Below are positions 16,630-25,190 of a DNA stretch of 32,000 nucleotides, piece by piece. The notes under the pieces are model-generated. The model was not told where the DNA came from, ran no database searches, and saw only the letters and a program-made list of their open reading frames with translations. Where the stretch lies: assembly GCF_000014265.1 (NCBI RefSeq), contig NC_008312.1:5370001-5402000 (forward strand), in the 5' to 3' direction. Every line of letters starts with the position of its first letter. Position 1 is the first letter of the stretch. This stretch comes from Trichodesmium erythraeum IMS101. Lineage in GTDB: Bacteria > Cyanobacteriota > Cyanobacteriia > Cyanobacteriales > Microcoleaceae. Both the position numbers and the translations under genes were made by a program.

Positions 16630-17172
16630 GTGGCAGGACATAAAATTTTAGTTATTGATGATAGTAAGGTCATTAGAGTCAGAGTCAAAGAAATGCTTCC
16701 TCAAGGAAACTTTAATGTTTTAGAAGCAAAGGATGGCCAAGAGGGACTTACAAATATTCTAAAGGAACGTCCTAACTTAATTATGTTGGATTTTTTACTG
16801 CCTAAAGTGACTGGTTGGCAGGTATTTCAAAAAATTCAATCCCAACCTCAATTAAAAAAGATTCCGTTGGTACTTATGTCAGGTCGTAAGGAAGAGGTAG
16901 CAGAAAAAATTCCTGAACCCTTTGAAAAACATTATTTTGCCTTTCTAGAAAAACCTTTTGAGAAAAAAGAATTAACAGCAGCTATTCAATTAGCTTTTCA
17001 GTTGGCCAAAAAACGTCCTACTGAGGCTCAACCTCAGAGTACAGTAGATGGGGGAGATAGTTCTGGCAAAATACAGGCATTGGAAGCTAAAGTTAAGAAA
17101 ATGGAGTCTGAAATAGTGACATTGAAAAAACAAATGACTCAACTTGTAGCTATTGTCAAAAAGTTGAAGTAG
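16630..17172 (+). CDS. CheY-like response-regulator receiver domain with a C-terminal coiled-coil tail (no DNA-binding output domain)
   Basis: KILVIDDS supplies the acidic pair, IMLDFLLP the phospho-acceptor Asp, and LVLMSG and EKPF the conserved Ser/Thr and Lys. GTG start with GGAG about 8 nt upstream. The tail IQALEAKVKKMESEIVTLKKQMTQL is heptad-like. Confidence 0.8.
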   Translation: MAGHKILVIDDSKVIRVRVKEMLPQGNFNVLEAKDGQEGLTNILKERPNLIMLDFLLPKVTGWQVFQKIQSQPQLKKIPLVLMSGRKEEVAEKIPEPFEKHYFAFLEKPFEKKELTAAIQLAFQLAKKRPTEAQPQSTVDGGDSSGKIQALEAKVKKMESEIVTLKKQMTQLVAIVKKLK

Positions 17173-17909
17173 GAAAATTAGATAACAAAGGAGTATGAAA
17201 TTGATTTAGGGTGAGTTAAGCTTTCTACCATAAACTACTGTTGAACTATCAAACATGATATTGCACTGTAAGGCACTGTTGAGTAGTGTACTCTCAAAAA
17301 TTGATTTGATACGGTAATTTATTAAATTTTTTCCATTGTGCACTTTATCCCCTTGTCTTCTGAATTTAAGTTTTAACCTATCATTTCAAAGTAGACAAAC
17401 TACGTAGATAGTTTGTAGTCGTAGTAGATTAAAATAACTAAAGTTATGTATTACAACAGATTGCTAAATACTTTGTAATATCTTTTCGCAGTAGTTAAAA
17501 TCTCCCCTTGCTACCTCAAGTCCTAGAATTAAACCCCCCCTTACTCTAACAAGGAGGCAGTTTATCTATGAAGACTTTATGGGCTCAAAACTTTGAGGAC
17601 CTTAGTAAGTTTAGGAAATTATTTCACATATATTATTATAGTTGAGTTTAAAACTATTTGTAATATTGTTTTTTTCACTCTTGGTATAAGAGTTGATAGC
17701 AGTTTTCATTAACAATGTAGGTATTTGTAGAACAAGGTGAAATCTAACACGCCCTCTATTTTCTGTGGTTAGCAACTACTAAATCTTGCTATGTCCTTAG
17801 CAAAACTTACCTTTAATTGTACTCAGATCTTAACAGTTCATATCATTCCAGTAAGGTTTTTCAAGCCATATAATTCTTATTTAGAGTATACAACGCTAAA
17901 AAATAAATT

Positions 17910-18992
17910 ATGGTACTAGACTCGGAATATCTCGCTCAACTCAAAAATTCTACCCCTCGACTAATGAACTTGCTGGCAGGTTTTTCTCAAGTTAGTGTGT
18001 TAGTGGTGGGAGACTTAACCCTTGATGAATTTATGACTGGTCAAGTTGAGCGTATTTCTCGTGAAGCACCAGTATTGATTTTACGTCATGAAACTACAGA
18101 GCAAGTACCCGGGGGTGGAGCTAATGCAGCTTATAATTTTGCTAAGTTGGGCGCTCAAGTTAGGGCTATTGGTTTGTTGGGAGAGGATGAGCAGGGTATG
18201 GCGCTACGTCAGATCCTTGAGTCTGCTGAAGTTGATACTTCTGGAGTTTTGCTTGACTCTGAGCGTCCTACAGTGACTAAAACTAGAATTTCTGGTCATG
18301 CTCGTCAGTCTGTGACTCAACAAATTATTAGGGTGGATCGAAAATCTGATAATTTGCCATCTGTTGATTTACAATTACAATTGGCGGAGTTAATTCGGCA
18401 ACAAGTTGATAAGGTTTATGCTGTTGTTTGTTCTGACTATGGAGATGGTGTTCTCACAAAACCAGCTATTGAGGCAAGTATTTCTAATTCTCACAAAACT
18501 ATTGTTGATACTCAGAAAAATTTGGAACTTTACAGGGGTGCAACTTTGTTTACTCCTAATATTCCGGAGGCGGAGAAGGCAGTGGGATATGCTATTTCTA
18601 ATTGTGATAGTCTTTATCGGGCAGGATGTGATTTGTTGGAGTTGACTGATGCACGGCAAGTTTTAATTACTCAAGGTGATGAGGGTATGAGTTTGTTTGA
18701 TCGCGAAATTCCTTCTCAGTTTTCTCCTCCTGCTTTAACTATTTATGAAAATGGGAGTTCTAATGTTTATTGTTGGCATGTTCCTGCTTTTAACCGGACT
18801 GATGTTTTTGATGTGACTGGTGCTGGGGATACGGTTGTCGCTGCTTTGACTTTGGCTTTGGGTGCTGGTGCTTCGACTTGGGAAGCTGTAGTCATAGGAA
18901 ATTTGGCGGCTAGTGTTGTGGTGCGTAAGTTTGGCACGGCAACTACTACAGTGGATGAGTTGCGGGAGACTTTGAGAGTACTTGTGGGTTAA
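17910..18992 (+). CDS. PfkB-family sugar kinase resembling RfaE domain I / D-glycero-beta-D-manno-heptose-7-phosphate kinase
   Basis: VLVVGDLTLDEFMTGQVERISREAPVLIL...GGGANAAYNFAKLGA and the C-terminal DVTGAGDTVVAAL...GNLAASVVVRKFGTA match the RfaE-kinase / ribokinase-superfamily signature. Confidence 0.75.
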   Translation: MVLDSEYLAQLKNSTPRLMNLLAGFSQVSVLVVGDLTLDEFMTGQVERISREAPVLILRHETTEQVPGGGANAAYNFAKLGAQVRAIGLLGEDEQGMALRQILESAEVDTSGVLLDSERPTVTKTRISGHARQSVTQQIIRVDRKSDNLPSVDLQLQLAELIRQQVDKVYAVVCSDYGDGVLTKPAIEASISNSHKTIVDTQKNLELYRGATLFTPNIPEAEKAVGYAISNCDSLYRAGCDLLELTDARQVLITQGDEGMSLFDREIPSQFSPPALTIYENGSSNVYCWHVPAFNRTDVFDVTGAGDTVVAALTLALGAGASTWEAVVIGNLAASVVVRKFGTATTTVDELRETLRVLVG

Positions 18993-19272
18993 GGGTCTTA
19001 GGGTTTGTCTTAGTTCTTACTTCTAAGGTTAATTTTTCCATGGGTTAAAGCTCTATTACAAACAAAAATTTTATGATCACTAATTATCTAGGTCTGTTCT
19101 AGTTATTAAAATAACCAATGAGGTTTTTTTCCCGAAATGGAGAATGGTAACCTTGATCAATTTCTGGGTAGGGCTTAGTTGGGGCGCAATTCCAGATTAT
19201 TTTTTACCATTCGGAGCAAACGAATTAGGATCTTCGGAGAAAATATCAAAGTAGGGAGGCTGCATACAACAT

Positions 19273-19314
19273 CCCAGAGTTGCTAATCATTTTTTTGATG
19301 TTGGCAACTCTGGG
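19273..19314 (+). terminator. Hairpin in the convergent intergenic region, possible terminator of the kinase gene
   Basis: cccagagttgc (19273-19283) pairs with gcaactctggg (19304-19314) in a perfect 11-bp stem with a 20-nt loop. It is followed by aactgttgtaattttt. The large loop and imperfect U-tract keep confidence low. Confidence 0.3.
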
Positions 19315-19535
19315 AACTGTTGTAATTTTTGTTATATTGTTGTTGAAAAATATACTCCAACAATATAATACAGATGTTCTTTAAAACATCTTGAATGTAG
19401 ACTTAAATATACTTGTTGTTTTCTTTACTAGTCTCTAGGATAGTTTGAATATTCTCCAGCTCTAAAATTTAATTTATGCTAGTAATTTAACTTCTAAATT
19501 TAGCTATAAATTTTGATTCCTGATTATCTAGTTTC

Positions 19536-20171
19536 TTAATCTACTAAGGCACTAACTAGAATATTTGTCATAAATTTTTCTTTGATTTTATACCATAGTT
19601 TTGTATCTACAATATCACATTTGGCACCAACTTGAACAAGGCGATCGTCAAGGTAGTTTAGATGTTCTTTTGTCACTTGATCTTCTCCTACTTGTAAAAA
19701 ACTAATTCCTAGTTCATAGCTCTTTTGTGTACCTGGAATAAAATTAATTTTCTTAGTAGCATTGATAATTAAATTAATCAGTGCTTTTTGCTCGTGAGAT
19801 ATTTTATCTACTAATACTAAAATAATATCTCCATTTTGAGTTTTCTTGGCATCTCGACGTTGAAAATAGTCGTTAATAGCGTCTTCAAGGCTAGTTACTA
19901 AATCCATTCTTTTTGGCGGGTTTTTAATCTGAAATAGTCTGGCTAATGTTATGACCTCTGTGTTTGTCTCCTTAACAAAAGGTTTTGATGCCAAGTAAAC
20001 AGTAATTCCACTATTATCTAATGATTGACAAAATTTTGCTAAGTTAATGATTTTTGTTTGGGCTGCAAGCCAATGCTCATAATGAGGATGAGAAAAAGAC
20101 CAGCTTTCATGACTTCTGGCGAAAATAAATGTGTAGTCTCTATTTTCGAGCGACAGATGGTTCTCAGCCAT
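19536..20171 (-). CDS. vWA (TerY-like) domain protein with a degenerate MIDAS motif
   Basis: The overall pattern ENRDYTFIF...GITVYL...INDYFQRR...GDIILVLVD...ISFLQVGEDQ...LNYLDDRL...CDIVDT matches, as I remember it, the small cyanobacterial vWA family (ENRDYTLIIDKSGSM...ISFIQVG...LDD...DIxDT). The MIDAS DxSxS position here reads ARSHE. Confidence 0.55.
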   Translation of the reverse strand: MAENHLSLENRDYTFIFARSHESWSFSHPHYEHWLAAQTKIINLAKFCQSLDNSGITVYLASKPFVKETNTEVITLARLFQIKNPPKRMDLVTSLEDAINDYFQRRDAKKTQNGDIILVLVDKISHEQKALINLIINATKKINFIPGTQKSYELGISFLQVGEDQVTKEHLNYLDDRLVQVGAKCDIVDTKLWYKIKEKFMTNILVSALVD

Positions 20172-20483
20172 AGATTTTTTACCTAAGATTTTAGTGAGGA
20201 ATAATGTAGCTTTTTGTTCTTAATGATCAAAATAGTGGTAATCTTAATTAATCTATGTAAATTTGAATACTAAAAATTTTTATTTGAACGGAAATTAATC
20301 TTGATTTGTTAGGATTTCTTGACTTGCTTGAAGTTTAACGTTATCAAGTGTTATCATATAATAATCATCTCAAATAATAGCCTGGTAAAATTTTTTAAAC
20401 TAAGGACAACTTCTGAAATATGTTTGATAAGTCCTGATTAATTATGAGATACTCGGGTTTTCTTAAGTAGGCGATCGCACTGT

Positions 20484-20800
20484 GAGAAATAGTCATGAGA
20501 AATAGTCAAAAGTAACTTCTTCAAAGGTGAAAGGAAGTTAAGAAAATTAAAAGTTTAAAAATCAAGTTAATAGTTAATAGTTAAGGGTAAGATTTTATGG
20601 GTTCAAAATAATGATAAATATGAGGATAGTATGATCGGAAAAGTCAAAGGTTACCTATTCAAAGGTAAGAGGAAGTTAAAGGTTAAAATTCAAAAGTTAG
20701 AAAAATTCAAAAGTTAGAAAAGGTTAAGAGTTCAAGGTTAAATGTCAGGCTTTATCCCTTCACAATAATGATAAATATGACTATAGTATTATTAGGTATA
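20484..20800. repeat. Purine-rich AGTCAAAAG/GTTAAAAG-type degenerate short-repeat array organised as two tandem units of about 130-150 bp
   Basis: Unit A spans 20504-20632 and unit B 20642-20790. Each begins agtcaaa(a)g...ttcaaaggt(g/a)a(a/g)aggaagtta. Each ends ttca(a/c)aataatgataaatatga(gg/ct)atagtat. The pair is flanked by atactcgg...gcgatcgc at 20449-20478 and 20803-20836. Confidence 0.8.
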
Positions 20801-21011
20801 AAATACTCGGCTGTTGTGAAATAGGGGAGCGATCGCTATAGTAAAAATAGAATATTTTATTGCTCAAAACATCATAAGTTAAGATCAAGTTTGAGCTTTA
20901 AAGTTGATGTTCTCCGGGGAAATTAGTGATAATTTATTGCTGATTCTGTATAATTATGGTATGATTGTTATAAAAAATCCTGTTATAATTTTTGACCCGG
21001 CTTTTGTTTTT

Positions 21012-24000
21012 ATGTTTACCAGAATCTTCAGCATCACTTATTTGGCCCAAACTTGCCTGGCAGCTATTGTTATTATCAATGGCCTAGAAGCTTTGGTTGT
21101 GCAGCCTGTATGGGCACAGACTTATGTCTTTCCACAAGAACCATCAACAACCGAAGCAACTGAGGAGCTGATAATTAATGGGACTCTCAATGAAAATAGT
21201 GAGCTGTTGGAAGATGGGAGTTACTTTCAGTGGCACACTTTTACGGGCAAGGCGGGTGAAGCTATTACTATTGAGTTGAGTAGTTCTGAGTTTGATGCTT
21301 ACTTAATGTTAGTAGACCCAAGATCCAATAAAATTGCTGAGAATAATGATGGAGGGGAAAATAATAATGCCAAAATTACAATAACTCTACCTACAACAGG
21401 AACTTATACAGTTATTGTCAATACCTATGAAAAAGGTCAACAAGGAAGTTACAAACTGAGTTGGCGACAGGCTTCAGCTAAAGACCAGTCCCTAGCTTCT
21501 GCCACAGAACTTAATGACAAAGCTATTGAACTATATAAACAAGGTAAATATGATGAAGCAGTTCCTTTATTAGAGCAGTCTTTGAAAATTAGGCAGCAGG
21601 CGCTGGGGGCTGAACATCCTGATGTTGCCGCCAGCCTCAACAATTTGGCTTTTCTTTACAATGCTCAAGGAAGGTATACAGAAGCGGAACCTTTGTATAT
21701 ACAAGCATTAGAGATGAGAAAGAAGCTCCTGGGTGCTGAACATCCTGATGTTGCCTCCAGCCTCAACAATTTGGCTTTTCTTTACAAAGCTCAAGGAAGG
21801 TATACAGAAGCGGAACCTTTGTATATACAAGCATTAGAGATGAGAAAGAAGCTCCTTGGTGCTGAACATCCTGATGTTGCCACCAGCCTCAACAATTTGG
21901 CTTCTCTTTACGAATCTCAAGGAAGGTATACAGAAGCGGAACCATTGTATATACAAGCATTAGAGATATTTAAGAAGCTCCTGGGTGCTGAACATCCTGA
22001 TGTTGCCACCAGCCTCAACAATTTGGCTTTTCTTTACAATGCTCAAGGAAGGTATACAGAAGCGGAACCTTTGTATATACAAGCATTAGATATGACAAAG
22101 AAGCTCCTGGGTGCTGAACATCCATCAGTTGCCACCAGCCTCAACAATTTGGCTTTACTTTACGAGGATCAAGGAAGGTATACAGAAGCGGAACCTTTGT
22201 ATATACAAGCATTAGAGATGAGAAAGAAGCTCCTGGGTGCTGAACATCCTGATGTTGCCACCAGCCTCAACAATTTGGCAGGACTTTACAATGCTCAAGG
22301 AAGGTATACAGAAGCGGAACCTTTGTATATACAAGCATTAGAGATGAGAAAGAAGCTCCTTGGTGCTGAACATCCTGATGTTGCCACCAGCCTCAACAAT
22401 TTGGCTTCTCTTTACGAATCTCAAGGAAGGTATACAGAAGCGGAACCATTGTATATACAAGCATTAGAGATATTTAAGAAGCTCCTGGGTGCTGAACATC
22501 CTGATGTTGCCTCCAGCCTCAACAATTTGGCAGGACTTTACAAGGATCAAGGAAGGTATACAGAAGCGGAACCTTTGTATATACAAGCATTAGAGATGAG
22601 AAAGAAGCTCCTGGGTGCTGAACATCCTGATGTTGCCTCCAGCCTCAACAATTTGGCAGCACTTTACAAGGATCAAGGAAGGTATACAGAAGCGGAACCT
22701 TTGTATATACAAGCATTAGAGATGAGAAAGAAGCTCCTGGGTGCTGAACATCCTGATGTTGCCTCCAGCCTCAACAATTTGGCAGGACTTTACAATGCTC
22801 AAGGAAGGTATACAGAAGCGGAACCTTTGTATATACAAGCATTAGAGATGAGAAAGAAGCTCCTGGGTGCTGAACATCCATTAGTTGCCTCCAGCCTCAA
22901 CAATTTGGCAGGACTTTACAATGCTCAAGGAAGGTATACAGAAGCGGAACCTTTGTATATACAAGCATTAGAGATATTTAAGAAGCTCCTGGGTGCTGAA
23001 CATCCATTAGTTGCCACCAGCCTCAACAATTTGGCAGGACTTTACAATGCTCAAGGAAGGTATACAGAAGCGGAACCATTGTATATACAAGCATTAGAGA
23101 TGAGAAAGAAGCTCCTGGGTGCTGAACATCCTTATGTTGCCACCAGCCTCAACAATTTGGCTTTACTTTACTATGCTCAAGGAAGGTATACAGAAGCGGA
23201 ACCATTGTATATACAAGCATTAGAGATGAGAAAGAAGCTCCTGGGTGCTGAACATCCTGATGTTGCCTCCAGCCTCAACAATTTGGCAACACTTTACAAT
23301 GTTCAAGGTGACATTGCTTCAGCAGTGCAATACCTTAAACGCGGCTTAGAAGTGCAAGAAAAAAACCTAACTTACAACTTAGCCGCCGGGGCTGAACCTC
23401 AAAAAAACAAATATCTCCAAACCATCTCAGGAGCAAAGGCTAGAGCCATCTCTCTCCATCTGCAAACAGCACCAAATGACCCAGCCGCGACCACTCTAGC
23501 ATTAACCACCATCCTACGCCGCAAAGGTCGCCTCCTCGAATTCTTCACCACCAGCAGACAAATACTCCGACAACAACTCGACACTCAAGGACTACAATGG
23601 CTAGACGAACTTAATAATATTTATAGTGAACTTTCCACTCTGCTCTATAACGGACCAAAAGATCTTCCTCTAGAAACCTACAAGGAAAATTTTGCCCTCT
23701 TAGAACAACAGGCAAAAGAACTAGAAGACAAAATTAGTCGCCGCAGTAGCCAGTTTCGGGCAGCCACCCAACCTGTAACCTTAGAAGCTATTCAGGAGTT
23801 GATACCCGCCAACGCTGCCTTAGTAGAATTTGTCCAGTATTCTCCTTTTGACCCCAAGACAGGCAAATTCGGTAAACCACGCTATGGGGTTTACGTTCTA
23901 AGTAGAGAGGGAGAACCCCAAGGCATGGACCTGGGAACAGTTGAAGAATTTAAAAACATCATAAAAGTGTTTAGAACTTCTCTACGAGACAAAAGCCAAA

Positions 24001-24998
24001 CTCCCCTAAAACAGCTTAAAGACACAGCCAGAGAACTTGACCAAAAACTGATGCAACCTGTACGTCAACTACTGGGGTCACAAAAACAAATTCTGATTTC
24101 TCCTGATAGCAATCTCAATTTAATTCCTTTTGAAGCATTAGTTGATGAGAATAACCGCTTTCTCGTAGAAAACTATAGCTTCACCTACCTAAGCTCAGGA
24201 CGGGACTTACTCACATTTACCTCCACACCAAGAAACACCTCACCAGCGGTATTGCTAGGATACCCTACATACTCGGAAAAAGATCAGGTAACTATTAAGT
24301 CTAAGGGTAGGTTCGGTGTCTCCGACTTAGGTCTTTCTGGACTACCAGGAACCGAAGAGGAGGTCAAAGCCATTGGTGAGTTGCTTGGAGTTGAACCTTT
24401 ACTACGAGAGGCAGCCACTGAAGAAGCCGTAAAACAAGTTCAAAGTCCTTTCATATTGCATATTGCTACTCATGGTTTATTTGAAACAATTGAAGATCCT
24501 GAGAAATATCCCACGATAAATAAAAATTCCCTACTACGGGCAAGTTTAGCTCTGGCTGGGGTTAAAGAGGAACAAATAGATGGAGATAATGGTTTATTGA
24601 CCGCTTTGGAAGCCGCCGGGCTGAATTTGCTAGGCACAGAGCTAGTGGTATTATCCGCCTGTGACACAGGGCTGGGGGGAATAAGTCCCGGAGAGGGGGT
24701 TTATGGACTTAGACGAGCATTCGCGATCGCAGGTTCCCAGAGTCAGGTAATTAGTTTATGGAAAGTTGATGACCAAGGGACGAAAGACTTAATGGTGAAG
24801 TATTATCAACGGTTGTTGGGAGGAGACATGGGACGAACAGAAGCTTTAAGGCAGACTCAACTGGAGATGCTGGGGGGGGAAGCCGGGGAAAAGTACAGTC
24901 ATCCTTATTTTTGGGCGAGTTTTATTCCCTCTGGAAATTGGCTGGCGATCCCTCCCAGGGTAGAAAGTAAAAAATCAAAAGTCAACAGTCAAAGGTAA
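21012..24998 (+). CDS. Exported PPC (pre-peptidase C-terminal-like) domain - 15x TPR - CHAT protease
   Basis: The ORF opens at TTG 20904 / ATG 20907. ATG 21012 gives MFTRIFSITYLAQTCLAAIVIINGLEALVVQPVWA/QT, which is signal-peptide-like. The PPC-like segment is GSYFQWHTFTGKAGEAITIELSSSEFDAYLMLVD...GTYTVIVNTYEKGQQGSYKLSW. There are 13 near-identical plus 2 degenerate 42-aa TPR units. The CHAT dyad is ILHIATHGLF (His codon 24471-24473) and LVVLSACDTGLG (Cys codon 24660-24662), then ISLWKVDD. Confidence 0.85.
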   Translation: MFTRIFSITYLAQTCLAAIVIINGLEALVVQPVWAQTYVFPQEPSTTEATEELIINGTLNENSELLEDGSYFQWHTFTGKAGEAITIELSSSEFDAYLMLVDPRSNKIAENNDGGENNNAKITITLPTTGTYTVIVNTYEKGQQGSYKLSWRQASAKDQSLASATELNDKAIELYKQGKYDEAVPLLEQSLKIRQQALGAEHPDVAASLNNLAFLYNAQGRYTEAEPLYIQALEMRKKLLGAEHPDVASSLNNLAFLYKAQGRYTEAEPLYIQALEMRKKLLGAEHPDVATSLNNLASLYESQGRYTEAEPLYIQALEIFKKLLGAEHPDVATSLNNLAFLYNAQGRYTEAEPLYIQALDMTKKLLGAEHPSVATSLNNLALLYEDQGRYTEAEPLYIQALEMRKKLLGAEHPDVATSLNNLAGLYNAQGRYTEAEPLYIQALEMRKKLLGAEHPDVATSLNNLASLYESQGRYTEAEPLYIQALEIFKKLLGAEHPDVASSLNNLAGLYKDQGRYTEAEPLYIQALEMRKKLLGAEHPDVASSLNNLAALYKDQGRYTEAEPLYIQALEMRKKLLGAEHPDVASSLNNLAGLYNAQGRYTEAEPLYIQALEMRKKLLGAEHPLVASSLNNLAGLYNAQGRYTEAEPLYIQALEIFKKLLGAEHPLVATSLNNLAGLYNAQGRYTEAEPLYIQALEMRKKLLGAEHPYVATSLNNLALLYYAQGRYTEAEPLYIQALEMRKKLLGAEHPDVASSLNNLATLYNVQGDIASAVQYLKRGLEVQEKNLTYNLAAGAEPQKNKYLQTISGAKARAISLHLQTAPNDPAATTLALTTILRRKGRLLEFFTTSRQILRQQLDTQGLQWLDELNNIYSELSTLLYNGPKDLPLETYKENFALLEQQAKELEDKISRRSSQFRAATQPVTLEAIQELIPANAALVEFVQYSPFDPKTGKFGKPRYGVYVLSREGEPQGMDLGTVEEFKNIIKVFRTSLRDKSQTPLKQLKDTARELDQKLMQPVRQLLGSQKQILISPDSNLNLIPFEALVDENNRFLVENYSFTYLSSGRDLLTFTSTPRNTSPAVLLGYPTYSEKDQVTIKSKGRFGVSDLGLSGLPGTEEEVKAIGELLGVEPLLREAATEEAVKQVQSPFILHIATHGLFETIEDPEKYPTINKNSLLRASLALAGVKEEQIDGDNGLLTALEAAGLNLLGTELVVLSACDTGLGGISPGEGVYGLRRAFAIAGSQSQVISLWKVDDQGTKDLMVKYYQRLLGGDMGRTEALRQTQLEMLGGEAGEKYSHPYFWASFIPSGNWLAIPPRVESKKSKVNSQR
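21603..23240 (+). repeat. 13 tandem 126-bp (42-aa) near-identical TPR-coding units
   Basis: The unit LGAEHPxVAxSLNNLAxLYxxQGRYTEAEPLYIQALxxxKKL starts at 21603 + n*126. Unit 3 (21855) and unit 7 (22359) appear identical over all 126 nt, which indicates a 504-bp (4-unit) higher-order duplication. Confidence 0.95.
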
Positions 24999-25190
24999 GA
25001 ATAGTCAAAAGTTAAAGGTTAAAAATCAAAGGTAAGAGTAGTTAGGATCAGTCAAAAGTTAATAGTTAAAAATCAAAAATAAGAGAATTCAAAAATCAAA
25101 TTTCAAAAGTCAAAAATCAAAAGTAAGAGAAGTTAAGAAAAGTCAAAAATTAATAGTTAAAAGTCAAAAGTTAAGAAGATTTGTTAAATA
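24966..25190. repeat. Second purine-rich AGTCAAAAG/GTTAAAAG-type short-repeat array, overlapping the last codons of the CHAT gene
   Basis: It contains words such as agtcaaaagttaaaggttaaaaatcaaaggtaagag, agtcaaaagttaatagttaaaaatcaaaaataagag and agtcaaaaattaatagttaaaagtcaaaagttaagaag. It ends at HIP1 25192. The vocabulary is the same as in 20484-20800. Confidence 0.8.

Noticed and set aside
18088-18659. Three short ORFs (62, 89 and 79 aa) inside the sugar-kinase gene
   Set aside because: Alternative-frame or antisense ORFs within a CDS carrying clear PfkB/RfaE motifs.
20904-21011. 36-aa N-terminal extension of the PPC-TPR-CHAT ORF (TTG 20904 / ATG 20907)
   Set aside because: The extension precedes a well-formed signal peptide that starts at ATG 21012, and an internal signal peptide would be unusual. 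I cannot exclude the upstream start without homologues.
21603-23366. The regular 126-bp periodic array might be mistaken for a CRISPR array
   Set aside because: The entire unit repeats with no unique spacers. It is in frame within a long ORF and translates to canonical TPR helices.
21449-24667. Minus-strand ORFs (64, 61 and 65 aa) inside the PPC-TPR-CHAT gene
   Set aside because: Antisense to a strongly supported CDS, with no motifs.
20484-25190. The purine-rich repeat arrays as a CRISPR array or as a coding Lys-rich peptide
   Set aside because: There is no constant repeat alternating with unique spacers. Stop codons (taa/tag) occur frequently in all plus-strand frames, and periodicity is degenerate.
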